A stretch of 64,000 bases of DNA from an uncultured Candidatus Saccharibacteria bacterium (GTDB lineage Bacteria > Patescibacteriota > Minisyncoccia > Phycocordibacterales > Phycocordibacteraceae). The notes under the pieces were generated by a model. The model saw only the letters and a program-made list of their open reading frames with translations, was not told the DNA's origin and searched no databases. Positions 52,944-61,843 of the stretch are shown here, piece by piece. Position 1 is the stretch's first letter, and each line of letters opens with the position of its first letter. The stretch spans positions 284,337-348,336 of the forward strand of contig CAZZAT010000001.1 of the NCBI GenBank assembly GCA_964652615.1, in the 5' to 3' direction. A program made the translations under genes and the position numbers.

Positions 52944-54257
52944 TTGAATTATCTAACTCTACCTAGTCCGAGACTGGGGTGGGCACTTGAAATCACGGGC
53001 GAGTGTTATAGTCAGGACATGCCTCTAGAACGGACTCCTAAGCAGCAAAAAAAGGAATTCCCCCCAAAGCTCTCAAAGAAAGATACACAAGAATTAGTTC
53101 TCGCGCTTATGCGTAGAGGAGAGGGTAAGAATAAGATGAACTTAATGCAGCGTGCAGAAGAAGCATATAAGGAAGCTCGCGCAGATGTTCGTGCCGCGTC
53201 AAAACTTTCAAGAGAGCAGAAGAAAATGCTTGTTGCTCGGGCTGAATATCTAAACAAAGTGCTTAAGACCCTTGAAGAGCTCGCAGAGGGGAAGGTGCCA
53301 AGAACAATGAAAGCTCTCGATTATCTGGGTGAGGGCATCTTTGGCAGTGCGCACCGGAGGTCAGAGCGCTTTTATGACGGACCGATTGTTACAAAAGAAG
53401 GAATCGAAAAAATGATGTCCGTTCTCGAACGGGCAATTTATGGCGCTACGTTTATTGATGCACGTAAAAATCAGCACGCTATTTTTCACGAAGAAGTTGG
53501 TGAGGACGTAGAAACAGAAGAAACAGAAGAAACAGGAGAAGCAGAGAAGGTGGAAGAGCATGCTCCTGAAGAGCCCATAATCGAACCAGCTGCACCTCTT
53601 GAAGGGGAAGAGGAGCCTATTGCAGACGAAGAGGTTGAAGAAGAGCAAATTTCTGAAGAAGACGAAGAATTAGACGAGGAAGCTCTTTTAGAGAGGAAGG
53701 CTCGTCTTATGGAAATAGGAGAAGAATCTGAGGAGATCGCTAATATTCTTAGTAATCCGGACACAACCCTTTCACCTGAACAGGCGAAAGAATTAGTTGA
53801 TGATGTATGTGAAAGATATCTTGCTGAATATGAAGATTATCCAGAACGTGCCGAGGCGGAACAAAAAATAAGAATGTACAAAGAAATTGTGTCTGCAAAA
53901 TATAGAGAAGCACTAGAGGCACGTGCAATACGGTACGGGGAAGCACTCGAAGCGCGTATGATGCGGTATGGCAATGCTACTGGATTTGATGAGATCCAAA
54001 AGGAAGATAAAAAGAGGGGCGCCAGGAAAATAAGCTTTTGGGGAGCGGCACTTGCAGCGCTTGCGGCAGCAGGAGCATACATGGGTATGAAGCAATCTGA
54101 AGGTACAGTTATAGAAGATGCGGTTAAGGGAGAGAAGTTCACAGTTAGCGCAACCCTTGATGAAGTCCTTCCTCCCGAGGGTGAGGCATATATTCCTGAT
54201 GAACTATCAAAACCAGATGAGGGCCGTCCTGGCTTTGAGCCGCCGAACGCCCCTTAG
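52944..54257 (+). CDS. Hypothetical protein with extended acidic (E-rich) region and C-terminal TM (low-GC islet)
   Basis: EEVGEDVETEETEETGEAEK...EEVEEEQISEEDEELDEE; one TM near the C-terminus (ISFWGAALAALAAAGAYMG). Confidence 0.45.
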   Translation: MNYLTLPSPRLGWALEITGECYSQDMPLERTPKQQKKEFPPKLSKKDTQELVLALMRRGEGKNKMNLMQRAEEAYKEARADVRAASKLSREQKKMLVARAEYLNKVLKTLEELAEGKVPRTMKALDYLGEGIFGSAHRRSERFYDGPIVTKEGIEKMMSVLERAIYGATFIDARKNQHAIFHEEVGEDVETEETEETGEAEKVEEHAPEEPIIEPAAPLEGEEEPIADEEVEEEQISEEDEELDEEALLERKARLMEIGEESEEIANILSNPDTTLSPEQAKELVDDVCERYLAEYEDYPERAEAEQKIRMYKEIVSAKYREALEARAIRYGEALEARMMRYGNATGFDEIQKEDKKRGARKISFWGAALAALAAAGAYMGMKQSEGTVIEDAVKGEKFTVSATLDEVLPPEGEAYIPDELSKPDEGRPGFEPPNAP

Positions 54258-54265
54258 AACTTTAG

Positions 54266-54338
54266 TGCGCGGTGAGGGACTTGAACCCCCGACCTTCTCG
54301 GTGTAAACGAGTTGCTCTACCAACTGAGCTAACCGCGC
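54266..54338 (-). tRNA. tRNA-Val (anticodon UAC)
   Basis: Acceptor GCGCGGT/ACCGCGC, D-arm GCTCAGTTGGTAGAGC, anticodon loop TTTACAC, T-arm GGGGGTTCAAGTCCCTC. Confidence 0.75.
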
Positions 54339-54378
54339 GTAGAGAAACCATACCCGAGAAGTCGTATAATGTGAAGGT

Positions 54379-54651
54379 ATGGAAAGACTCGAGGCAGTGG
54401 TCTCGGGAAGAGTGCAGCTCGTGCTGTACCGCGACTTTGCGTGCCGGAACGCACGGGCACTTTCACTTGTGGGGGAAGTTGAGAATATGCCTGACGGCAC
54501 CGTGCGTGTGGCAGCCGAGGGCGAACGCGCCGCACTTGAAGCCTATGTATTAAAACTATGGAAAGGGTCGCTACTTTCAAAGGTAGAGATGGTGAAGACA
54601 AACTACACGCCTGCAACTGGAGAGTTCAAGGCATTTCGCATCATCTACTAA
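54379..54651 (+). CDS. acyP: Acylphosphatase
   Basis: 90 aa; VSGRVQLVLYR...GEVENMPDGTVRVAAEG fits the acylphosphatase fold. Confidence 0.8.
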   Translation: MERLEAVVSGRVQLVLYRDFACRNARALSLVGEVENMPDGTVRVAAEGERAALEAYVLKLWKGSLLSKVEMVKTNYTPATGEFKAFRIIY

Positions 54652-54668
54652 TGCGCTAGGGTGTAGCT

Positions 54669-55394
54669 ATGGAGCTGTCTATCATCTACGAAGACGCGAA
54701 TATTGTTGCGGTCGACAAACCCGCAGGCGTCATGACGCATCCCGATGGAAGAAATACTGAAGAGACGGCAAGTGATTGGTTTGCAAGCAACTACCCAGAC
54801 GCAAGCGAGGTGGGGGAGACGCAGCGCTTGCAGGATGGAACAGAATTGAGACGCCCCGGAGTCGTGCATCGGCTTGATAGAGATACGTCGGGGGTTTTGG
54901 TTTTTGCAAAAACAGCCGAGGCGCATGCCTTTTTGAAAGACGCGTTTCAGAATCGTCTCGTGAAAAAGACATACACCGCATTTGTGTACGGCGTTCCGAA
55001 AGAAAAGAAAGGCACGATAGAGTTTTCAATAGGACGCTCTCGCAAAGACTTCAGACTCCGTTCCGCGCAGCCTAAAGCAAAGGGAACGCTACGAGAGGCG
55101 ATTACGCGCTATGAAGTGAAAGGAGAGGACGCGCTTGGTAAGCATGCACTCTTGCAGGTATATCCAGAAACAGGACGCACCCACCAGATACGCGTGCATC
55201 TAAAAGCACTCCATCACCCCATCGTAGGCGATTCGCTCTATGCACCTAACCGTTCCGTTGATCTCGGGTTTCAAAGACTGGGCCTTCACGCATCCTTGCT
55301 TGAGCTTCCGCTTCAAAATGGCGAGACCCTGAAGCTCGAATCACCCCTCCCCGAGGATTTAGCCAAGGCTGCAGCGCTGTTTGCCGCCTTCTAA
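54669..55394 (+). CDS. RluA-family pseudouridine synthase
   Basis: VHRLDRDTSGVLVFAKT catalytic Asp motif; THQIRVH. Confidence 0.85.
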   Translation: MELSIIYEDANIVAVDKPAGVMTHPDGRNTEETASDWFASNYPDASEVGETQRLQDGTELRRPGVVHRLDRDTSGVLVFAKTAEAHAFLKDAFQNRLVKKTYTAFVYGVPKEKKGTIEFSIGRSRKDFRLRSAQPKAKGTLREAITRYEVKGEDALGKHALLQVYPETGRTHQIRVHLKALHHPIVGDSLYAPNRSVDLGFQRLGLHASLLELPLQNGETLKLESPLPEDLAKAAALFAAF

Positions 55395-55418
55395 GAGGCG
55401 TGCTACAGTAGCGCAACT

Positions 55419-55973
55419 ATGGCAGGCATCATTACTCCGGTGAAGACGGACGAACGCACCAAGCTCGGGATACGCCCTGGCGACACGGTGCGTGTCCACC
55501 AGAAGATTACCGAGCAAAAGAAGGGTAGAGCAGCAAACAAGAAGGAAACCACTACCCAGAATATGCGTACCCAGGTTTTCGAAGGACTTGTTCTTGCGGT
55601 AAAGCACGGCAATGAGGCAGGCGCTTCCTTTACGGTCCGCGCCACCATGTCCGGCATTGGCGTTGAGCGTGTGTTTCCACTCTTTGCCCCTTTCATTGAG
55701 AAGATTGAAATCGTGAAGCGTTCTAAGGTTCGCCGCGCAAAGCTCTACTTCATTCGTGAGAAAGTAGCGCGCGAAGTGAAGCGCCAGCTCCGCAATATGC
55801 GCATGATGAACATTTCTACCGAAGACTTTGCACAGAAAGCTGATGAGGTTGTCCTTGATGAGAAGCCTGCAGAGGAAGTGGTTGCAGCAGCAGAAGCAGA
55901 GGCTGTTGTTGAGGAAGGAGCACCTGAAGAAGTAGCTTTGGAGGAGAAAGAGGAAGAGAAGGTAGCTGCGTAG
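55419..55973 (+). CDS. rplS: 50S ribosomal protein L19 with acidic C-terminal extension
   Basis: ...GDTVRVHQKI...RTQVFEGLVLAVK... core, then a ~70-aa E/A-rich tail. Confidence 0.9.
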   Translation: MAGIITPVKTDERTKLGIRPGDTVRVHQKITEQKKGRAANKKETTTQNMRTQVFEGLVLAVKHGNEAGASFTVRATMSGIGVERVFPLFAPFIEKIEIVKRSKVRRAKLYFIREKVAREVKRQLRNMRMMNISTEDFAQKADEVVLDEKPAEEVVAAAEAEAVVEEGAPEEVALEEKEEEKVAA

Positions 55974-56031
55974 CGTAGAGTAGTTTTCATAGAAGTTGTG
56001 TATCTCCCGTGGATAAATCGGGTTTTTCAGG

Positions 56032-56739
56032 ATGTGGCTTCCGTACCATTTGGGTATGGGAAAGATAGTGCAAAAGCCTAGTAGAGGGGACGTAGAGTGG
56101 TCACCTGATTTTTCCTATGCAATTGGTCTGTTAGCTAGTGATGGATGCGTTTCATCCGATGGACGCCATCTCACACTTGTTTCAAAGGATAGAGAACAGC
56201 TTGAAAATCTCGTCAGATGCTTGCGTTTACACGCGGCAATAAAATCAGACAGGATTCAATGGAGTGATGCGCGTCTGCATAAATTCCTCTGCTCCATCGG
56301 GATATCTCCTCGAAAATCATTAACACTCGGCGCGATAGACATACCTCCCAAATACTTCTTCAACTTTCTTCGCGGTTTATTTGATGGAGATGGAAGCTTT
56401 TACAGCTATTTCGATAAACGATGGCGCTCAAGCTTTATGTTCTATCTCAGTTTTACCTCCGCTAGTCCTGCACACATAGAATGGATACGGACTACGCTTG
56501 AATATAGATTGTGCGTTAAGGGTCATATCTCTAGAGTACCTCCCAGGCATGGAAAGAAAGGATGCGAAACTTTACGATATGCGAAAAGGGAAGCGGTGAA
56601 AATAATGCGTTGTATGTATGCTGGCCAAGGACCCTCATTGTCGCGGAAGCGCTTGAAAATAGAAGAAGCACTGCGTATAGTGGGCGAGTCCCTTAGAGAT
56701 AATGCCCAGGTGTTGAAATTGGTAGACATCATACCTTGA
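56032..56739 (+). CDS. LAGLIDADG-family homing endonuclease (two-motif, free-standing)
   Basis: Motif 1 AIGLLASDGCVS, motif 2 LRGLFDGDGSF; 3' end overlaps tRNA-Leu by 36 nt. Confidence 0.75.
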   Translation: MWLPYHLGMGKIVQKPSRGDVEWSPDFSYAIGLLASDGCVSSDGRHLTLVSKDREQLENLVRCLRLHAAIKSDRIQWSDARLHKFLCSIGISPRKSLTLGAIDIPPKYFFNFLRGLFDGDGSFYSYFDKRWRSSFMFYLSFTSASPAHIEWIRTTLEYRLCVKGHISRVPPRHGKKGCETLRYAKREAVKIMRCMYAGQGPSLSRKRLKIEEALRIVGESLRDNAQVLKLVDIIP

Positions 56740-56788
56740 GGTGGTATGGCCGAAAGGCGTGGAGGTTCGAGTCCTCTCCTGGGCACCA
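56704..56788 (+). tRNA. tRNA-Leu (anticodon GAG)
   Basis: Acceptor GCCCAGG/CCTGGGC, D-loop AAATTGGTAGA, anticodon stem-loop ATACC-TTGAGGT-GGTAT, long variable arm, T-arm GGAGGTTCGAGTCCTCT, CCA encoded. Confidence 0.8.
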
Positions 56789-56794
56789 GAAAAA

Positions 56795-56822
56795 GAAGCG
56801 GCGCATGCGCCGCTTCTTTCAT
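56795..56822 (+). terminator. Hairpin terminator after tRNA-Leu
   Basis: gaagcggcgc-at-gcgccgcttc TTTC. Confidence 0.5.
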
Positions 56823-56865
56823 CCCCACACTGTCCTATCGTTATACACAGGTTGTCCCCGAAGTT

Positions 56866-57078
56866 ATGCAGGCGTATATTTTTTACATGAAGCAGCGTCT
56901 CCTTAAATCAGTCATGGCGTCACTTGAGTGGCGCCTCATCGCTTTTGCGATAACCGAAGTATTTTTCATAGCAACAACAGGACATGTCTGGCAGGCGACT
57001 ATGCTCGCGCTCTCGCTCCAAGCAATTCTTTTTATAGGACATTTTGCATGGTTCTTTGCGCGCGAAACAAAGGCGTAG
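56866..57078 (+). CDS. Small two-TM membrane protein (start uncertain)
   Basis: Longer ORF from 56746 overlaps tRNA-Leu; the hydrophobic part starts near 56866. Confidence 0.3.
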   Translation: MQAYIFYMKQRLLKSVMASLEWRLIAFAITEVFFIATTGHVWQATMLALSLQAILFIGHFAWFFARETKA

Positions 57079-57138
57079 TTGCTAGGGTGCAACACAAATT
57101 CGTGTTATAAGAGCGACACGAAGCTTCTGCTTCAAAAT

Positions 57139-57212
57139 GGCGGCTTTAGCTCAGCTGGTAGAGCTCCTGGTTGTGGTCCAGGCGGTCATGGGTTCGAGTC
57201 CCATAAGTCGCC
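57139..57212 (+). tRNA. tRNA-His (anticodon GUG) with encoded G-1
   Basis: G-1 plus GCGGCTT acceptor pairing with AAGTCGC-C73; anticodon stem-loop CCTGG-TTGTGGT-CCAGG; T-arm ATGGGTTCGAGTCCCAT. Confidence 0.8.
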
Positions 57213-57287
57213 CATTCTTTGAATCTTTTAAAAATCCGCGTATCATGCCGCGGTGGGCGAGAGTGCCCAGCATAAGGAGTACTGCAC

Positions 57288-57845
57288 GTGAAGTATTTCA
57301 TCGGGTTTGAAGTACCTGTCGCAGAGCGAGAACAGCTCTGGGGGGTACAGACGAAAGCTGCGCAAAAGCTTTCGTTTGAAATCTCACAAGGTTCGGCGCC
57401 GCTGCATCTCACGCTCGTTCCGCCTTTCTTGGTGGCAAACCGGAAAGAGGATGAAGAGCTTCAACGAGGCCTAAGTGTTGCAATACACAGGCTGCGGGCG
57501 CAAACGATCACCCTTGTAGGGATTGGTTCCTTCGAAGAACATACGGTTTTTGCCGGTGTTAGCGAAGAACAGCGCAAGGCGATTGCTGCATTTCGTCGAG
57601 ACCTGCATTTCTATCTTGATAGAAAAGATTCATACGAGAAAAGCTTTGTGCCACATGTAAGTCTCGCTCGGCATTTCGAACCGCGTCATTTTGTTGCGGT
57701 CGAACGGGCGCTTCGTGCGGCAGCAGGCGAACTGCGAGTTCTGCCACTTTCTTTTGAAGCCGGTTCATTCACGTTGTTTCGGAACGAAGGGAAGGAGTGG
57801 GAGCGTACCACAACCTACGGGCTTCGCGAACAGCGGGCAGCGTAG
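57288..57845 (+). CDS. thpR: 2H phosphoesterase (RNA 2',3'-cyclic phosphodiesterase ThpR/LigT family)
   Basis: Two HxT/SxL motifs: PLHLTLVPPF and PHVSLARHF. Confidence 0.7.
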   Translation: MKYFIGFEVPVAEREQLWGVQTKAAQKLSFEISQGSAPLHLTLVPPFLVANRKEDEELQRGLSVAIHRLRAQTITLVGIGSFEEHTVFAGVSEEQRKAIAAFRRDLHFYLDRKDSYEKSFVPHVSLARHFEPRHFVAVERALRAAAGELRVLPLSFEAGSFTLFRNEGKEWERTTTYGLREQRAA

Positions 57846-57852
57846 CTATCAG

Positions 57853-57880
57853 CAGGAGGGTCCTCGACCCTCCTGTTTTT
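57853..57880 (+). terminator. Rho-independent terminator after thpR
   Basis: caggagggtc-ctc-gaccctcctg TTTTT. Confidence 0.7.
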
Positions 57881-57896
57881 GCTATACTGCCCGCAT

Positions 57897-58280
57897 ATGA
57901 CTACCTTCGTACAAGAATTCAAAACATTTGCACTTCGCGGCAACGCGCTCGACCTTGCGGTAGGTGTTGTTATTGGAGCGGCCTTTAATAGCATTGTTAA
58001 TTCGCTTGTCGCCGATATCCTCACGCCACCGCTTGGCATGCTCATGGGCGGCGTCGATTTCAGCTCGCTCTCCTTCGTGCTTTCAGGAGATGCGGCAATT
58101 AATTACGGCCTCTTTATCGAGGCAACCGTCAGTTTCATTATCACGGCATTCGCGCTCTTCCTTCTGATTAAATTCATCAATACGTTCCTTCGAAAAGCAG
58201 AGACTGAACCAAAGGCTCCTGCGCCAAAATCTGCAGAGCTTCAGGTACTCGAAGATATTCGCGATTCGCTTAAGAAATAA
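57897..58280 (+). CDS. mscL: Large-conductance mechanosensitive channel MscL
   Basis: FKTFALRGNALDLAVGVVIGAAFNSIVNSLVADILTPPLG, the hallmark MscL TM1. Confidence 0.9.
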   Translation: MTTFVQEFKTFALRGNALDLAVGVVIGAAFNSIVNSLVADILTPPLGMLMGGVDFSSLSFVLSGDAAINYGLFIEATVSFIITAFALFLLIKFINTFLRKAETEPKAPAPKSAELQVLEDIRDSLKK

Positions 58281-58282
58281 GC

Positions 58283-58942
58283 ATGAAGACGCTCGCATTC
58301 GGCATCATTCTTATCGTCTTGGTTGGATTTGCAGGCTTCTTCTATCGAAATATCGCAGAGCGTTCGGGAGCTCCCGACATGATTGCCTGTACTGCTGATG
58401 CGAAACTCTGCCCAGACGGTTCTGCGGTAGGGCGCACAGGTCCTGCCTGCGAGTTTGTTCCATGCGCATTTCCTAACGTTGAAATTGAGGCTAAAGGACT
58501 AGCGTTTGCTGTGCCTGCAGGATATGTAGTTGAACAAACCGCAGACGCATCACTTCTTAGTAGATTTACAAAACCATCCCTGTCCGAATCAGTGCGCCAT
58601 ACGATTACCGTTCAAAGCTATCCGCTCGGAGAAGGGGAGAGCGCAGATGATGTTATTCTTGCGCATACCCGCTACCAACCCGCAGACATGCAAGCGGAGG
58701 ACTTCTCTCGCTTTGAGACAACGCTCATAAACGGAAAGGAATTTCGTTCAACCGTTATTGAACGCTTCGAAGCACTCGTACAATCAAGCTACTATCTCGT
58801 TCGTACAGAAGACGTGCTTGTCTTCACTATTACCGAGCACGACGTTTCCGATTGGATGAATCCAGATCTTCAGGTTGAGACACTACCCGAGCACAAAGCG
58901 CTGCTTGAACTTCTTGGCACGCTTCAGGTAGCAGGCGAGTAG
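58283..58942 (+). CDS. Membrane-anchored hypothetical protein with Cys-rich stretch
   Basis: N-terminal TM; CTADAKLCPDGSAVGRTGPACEFVPC. Confidence 0.45.
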   Translation: MKTLAFGIILIVLVGFAGFFYRNIAERSGAPDMIACTADAKLCPDGSAVGRTGPACEFVPCAFPNVEIEAKGLAFAVPAGYVVEQTADASLLSRFTKPSLSESVRHTITVQSYPLGEGESADDVILAHTRYQPADMQAEDFSRFETTLINGKEFRSTVIERFEALVQSSYYLVRTEDVLVFTITEHDVSDWMNPDLQVETLPEHKALLELLGTLQVAGE

Positions 58943-58978
58943 AAGAAATGCTAGGCTCTCGCAAGAAGGAGAGACTTC

Positions 58979-59464
58979 ATGCAAATAGCAACACTAGGAA
59001 TTATCCTTGAGGGAAACACGACGTTTCTTGCTGAAAAGAAGAAGGGGGAGATAGGAACAGGTGTCCTGTCGAGTCCTGGCGGCAAGCTTGATCCGGGAGA
59101 AACTCTGGTTTCGTGCCTTATTCGGGAAACGAAAGAGGAATGGAACATAGAGCTTCACGAGAAAGGAATTGAGTTCGCAGCTGTTCTCGACTGTTTTGCG
59201 GGTGGCGTCCTCGATTTTCGAGTGTTCGTCTATCGTGTGCGTGGCTTTGACGGCATCCTTTCAGAAACAAAAGACGCAAAGATGCCTGAAGCGTTTCCGA
59301 TAGACGAACTACCATTCAACAGAATGTTTGAGGCAGACCGGCACTGGTTTACCAAAGCTCTTTCCGGACCAGCATTCTACGCAAGGCTCTATTACCGAGA
59401 ACGCGCGCAGCACTTCGAACGTATCGAATTTCCTTCGTTTGAAGAAGCGCTGCTTACGCTCTAG
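58979..59464 (+). CDS. NUDIX hydrolase (MutT-like)
   Basis: Nudix box GGKLDPGETLVSCLIRETKEEWNIEL. Confidence 0.7.
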   Translation: MQIATLGIILEGNTTFLAEKKKGEIGTGVLSSPGGKLDPGETLVSCLIRETKEEWNIELHEKGIEFAAVLDCFAGGVLDFRVFVYRVRGFDGILSETKDAKMPEAFPIDELPFNRMFEADRHWFTKALSGPAFYARLYYRERAQHFERIEFPSFEEALLTL

Positions 59465-59504
59465 GCACGAAAGGGACGGCTACAGCCGTCCCTTTTTGTA
59501 GTAT

Positions 59505-60314
59505 TCAATGCGCGTGCTCGTGCGCTTCGTGCTCGTGTTCTGCTTCGTGGCTATGACCTTCGCTATAGAGAAGGCCAGCCATAGCTGCTATGCCAAGCAC
59601 AATGACTAAGAACTGCAGGAAAGAACGCTTCTTTCCAGAGGTTTTGTGCAGTTCCGGCACAAGGTCTGCAAGCGCGATATAGATGAAGTTTCCTGCCGCG
59701 AAAGCCGCTATGAGGGGGATGAAGAGTTCATTGGTCTCACCAAGCCAGAAAGCGAGCGCGACACCGAGAAATGCAGTAACGGCAGAAAGAAAGTTAAAGA
59801 AGAGTGCCTTTATACGCGAGAACCCAGCATGAACAAGGAGGCCGAAGTCGCCAATTTCCTGTGGAATTTCATGAAGCGCAATGGCAATCGTCGTTGCGAT
59901 ACCTACTTCAGGTGAGACCATGAACGCCGCGCCTATCGCAAGACCGTCAATAAGATTATGAATACCGTCTGATACAAGAACAAGCTTACCTACAGGATGT
60001 ATCGTTGCGTGGTCAGGAGAGAACTCCTCATCGCCGTGACTGTGGTGCCAATTAAAGCATTTCTCAAGAAGAAAGAAGCTCAAGATACCGGCAACGATAA
60101 GGAGCGAGACAAGAAGCGGGTTTCCTGCTTCTGCAAATGCTTCAGGAATAAGATGGATGAAAGCATCGCCAAGGAGTGCGCCAGCGGCAAGAGAAATAAG
60201 GAGGAAGAGCATTCTTCGAACCAGGTGCTCTTTGAAGGAAAGGGCGGCAAGCCCGATAAGAGAAATAAGAGAGATAGCGCCTACGGCGAGAATGCTTTGA
60301 ATGAGTGCGGTCAT
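59505..60314 (-). CDS. zupT: ZIP-family divalent metal transporter (ZupT-like) with His-rich C-terminus
   Basis: HEIPQEIGDF and HNLIDGLAIG signature helices; C-terminal HSHEAEHEHEAHEHAH. Confidence 0.8.
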   Translation of the reverse strand: MTALIQSILAVGAISLISLIGLAALSFKEHLVRRMLFLLISLAAGALLGDAFIHLIPEAFAEAGNPLLVSLLIVAGILSFFLLEKCFNWHHSHGDEEFSPDHATIHPVGKLVLVSDGIHNLIDGLAIGAAFMVSPEVGIATTIAIALHEIPQEIGDFGLLVHAGFSRIKALFFNFLSAVTAFLGVALAFWLGETNELFIPLIAAFAAGNFIYIALADLVPELHKTSGKKRSFLQFLVIVLGIAAMAGLLYSEGHSHEAEHEHEAHEHAH

Positions 60315-60397
60315 GCGGGCAGAATAGCATGTCTGTCATAAAGAGGGCTGATGAACGTCGTGATACAGTGAAGCCATTATTACAACGAATTACTACC

Positions 60398-61201
60398 ATG
60401 AACGAATCCTTTGGAGAGGTTTTTCTTAAGGCATCTCGCCCCGTACGCCTTGCGGCAACGGCGGCGCTTTCGATGCTTGCGCTCTTACTACTTGCACTTG
60501 CTATTACCGCGTGGACGAATGTCGGGAAATCAGAGAATCCCTACATGAACACCATTACGGTTGAAGGCACGGGAAAGGGTACGTCTATTCCAAACCTTGC
60601 AGTGGTGAGTTTCTCCGTAACAGAAGAGGGAACTACGGTTGCTGATGCACAGACTAAGGCTACCGGAAAGACTGACGCAGCACTTGCAGCAGTTGAGGGA
60701 CTTGGTATTGAAGAGAAGGATGTGAAGACGATTTCGTACAACGTCTATCCTCGCTACGAAAACACCCCCGTTTGCTACACCGGCTACTGCCCGCCAGTAC
60801 GCAATCCGTCAATTATCGGCTACGAAGTATCTCAAACGGTTGAGGTAAAAGTTCGCGACACCGCAAAGGCAGGAGATGTTTTGCAGGCGCTTGGCACCCT
60901 AAACGTTCAGAACATTTCTGGTCCGTCTTTCCAGGTGGATGAAGAAGATGCAATACGAAACGTAGCGCGCGAAGAAGCTATTACCGAAGCAAAGGCGAAA
61001 GCAAAAGCGCTTGCAGACCAACTTGGCGTTCGTCTTGGAAAAGTAGTTTCGTTCTACGAGAACCCAGGCTACCCAATGTACGGCTATGGCGGCGCCTATG
61101 ACATGAAGGCAGAAGTTGCTATGTCAGCACCTGCGCCAACGCTTCCAACAGGAGAGCAAGAAACGGTAGTGACTGTCTCTATTACCTACGAGATTAAGTA
61201 A
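60398..61201 (+). CDS. SIMPL/DUF541-domain periplasmic protein
   Basis: TM anchor, then ...ITVEGTGKGTSIPNLAVVSFSV... and ...SGPSFQVDEEDAIRNVAREEAITEAKAKAKALA... typical of SIMPL; start at the internal ATG 60398. Confidence 0.55.
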   Translation: MNESFGEVFLKASRPVRLAATAALSMLALLLLALAITAWTNVGKSENPYMNTITVEGTGKGTSIPNLAVVSFSVTEEGTTVADAQTKATGKTDAALAAVEGLGIEEKDVKTISYNVYPRYENTPVCYTGYCPPVRNPSIIGYEVSQTVEVKVRDTAKAGDVLQALGTLNVQNISGPSFQVDEEDAIRNVAREEAITEAKAKAKALADQLGVRLGKVVSFYENPGYPMYGYGGAYDMKAEVAMSAPAPTLPTGEQETVVTVSITYEIK

Positions 61202-61222
61202 GAAAGGAGCAAAAGGATGCAT

Positions 61223-61247
61223 AAAACGGCCTAGATGGGCCGTTTTA
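61223..61247 (+). terminator. Rho-independent terminator after the SIMPL gene
   Basis: aaaacggcc-tagatg-ggccgtttt. Confidence 0.6.
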
Positions 61248-61252
61248 TGCTA

Positions 61253-61281
61253 TTGACATATATGCTGTAGTGTGATATTCT
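61253..61281 (+). promoter_or_regulatory. Sigma-70-like promoter TTGACA-17-TATTCT (TGTGA upstream of -10)
   Basis: gctATTGACAtatatgctgtagtgtgaTATTCT, upstream of the 61349 gene. Confidence 0.45.
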
Positions 61282-61348
61282 GGTTCCAGAATGGTGGTTG
61301 GTCTGGCTCCACCTTCAGCTTGTATTGTTAGCCAGCCAAGGAGACGAC

Positions 61349-61768
61349 ACTATGTCTGATTCCAACGCTCTCGTTCGCGCAATGAACACGCTTGCGAAGC
61401 CGGCGAAGTATCGTGACGATTCGGAAGAATACGGCTCGACTTCTGCTGGGCGCACGAAAGCGCGCCATGTGCTGCTTGACCTCTACGTGTCAGGCGGCCT
61501 GCCGGAAGACAAGATTGCGTATGTGAGGGGCGCGCTCAAACACGCTCTTCTTCATAATGATCTTGCTCCCTCACTCAAAAAACGCATCGAAGGCACCGTC
61601 TTCGATTTCGAAGCAGAACTCGAGGCGCAAGCCAAGACGAAGCGTGAAGAAGGCGTCCAAAAGCGCGCCAAACGCGAGAGAAATCTCGCCGCGCGCCGCG
61701 AACGTGATCGCAACGATCGTCTCGCACGCCAAGGCGTTTCGGGCGGCAAAAAAAAGAACCGCGCGTAA
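61349..61768 (+). CDS. Hypothetical protein with basic C-terminus
   Basis: Start at the internal ATG (MSDSNALVRAMNTL...); C-terminal KR-rich coiled coil. Confidence 0.4.
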   Translation, partial: TMSDSNALVRAMNTLAKPAKYRDDSEEYGSTSAGRTKARHVLLDLYVSGGLPEDKIAYVRGALKHALLHNDLAPSLKKRIEGTVFDFEAELEAQAKTKREEGVQKRAKRERNLAARRERDRNDRLARQGVSGGKKKNRA

Positions 61769-61815
61769 GCGCACTGGGCACCGTAGGTTGTAAAACCCGC
61801 GGTGCCCAGACTCTA

Positions 61816-61843
61816 TTGACTAGGGGAAAGGCCTTGGTATAAT
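61816..61843 (+). promoter_or_regulatory. Sigma-70-like promoter TTGACT-16-TATAAT upstream of secE
   Basis: ctaTTGACTaggggaaaggccttggTATAAT. Confidence 0.55.

Noticed and set aside
56032-56788. LAGLIDADG gene lying within a group I intron that splits tRNA-Leu
   Set aside because: The tRNA-Leu(GAG) folds as a complete, uninterrupted cloverleaf with CCA, and rplS upstream has its own stop. No P1-P9 intron structure is evident, so the gene is called free-standing.
56746-56865. N-terminal 40 codons of ORF 56746-57078
   Set aside because: This part overlaps tRNA-Leu and its terminator hairpin and is Arg/Ser/Gly-rich with no hydrophobic character, unlike the C-terminal membrane part.
59505-60314. 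C-terminal HSHEAEHEHEAHEHAH of the ZIP transporter as a separate metal-binding peptide or repeat feature
   Set aside because: It is the ordinary His-rich cytoplasmic tail of ZupT-like transporters, not an independent element.
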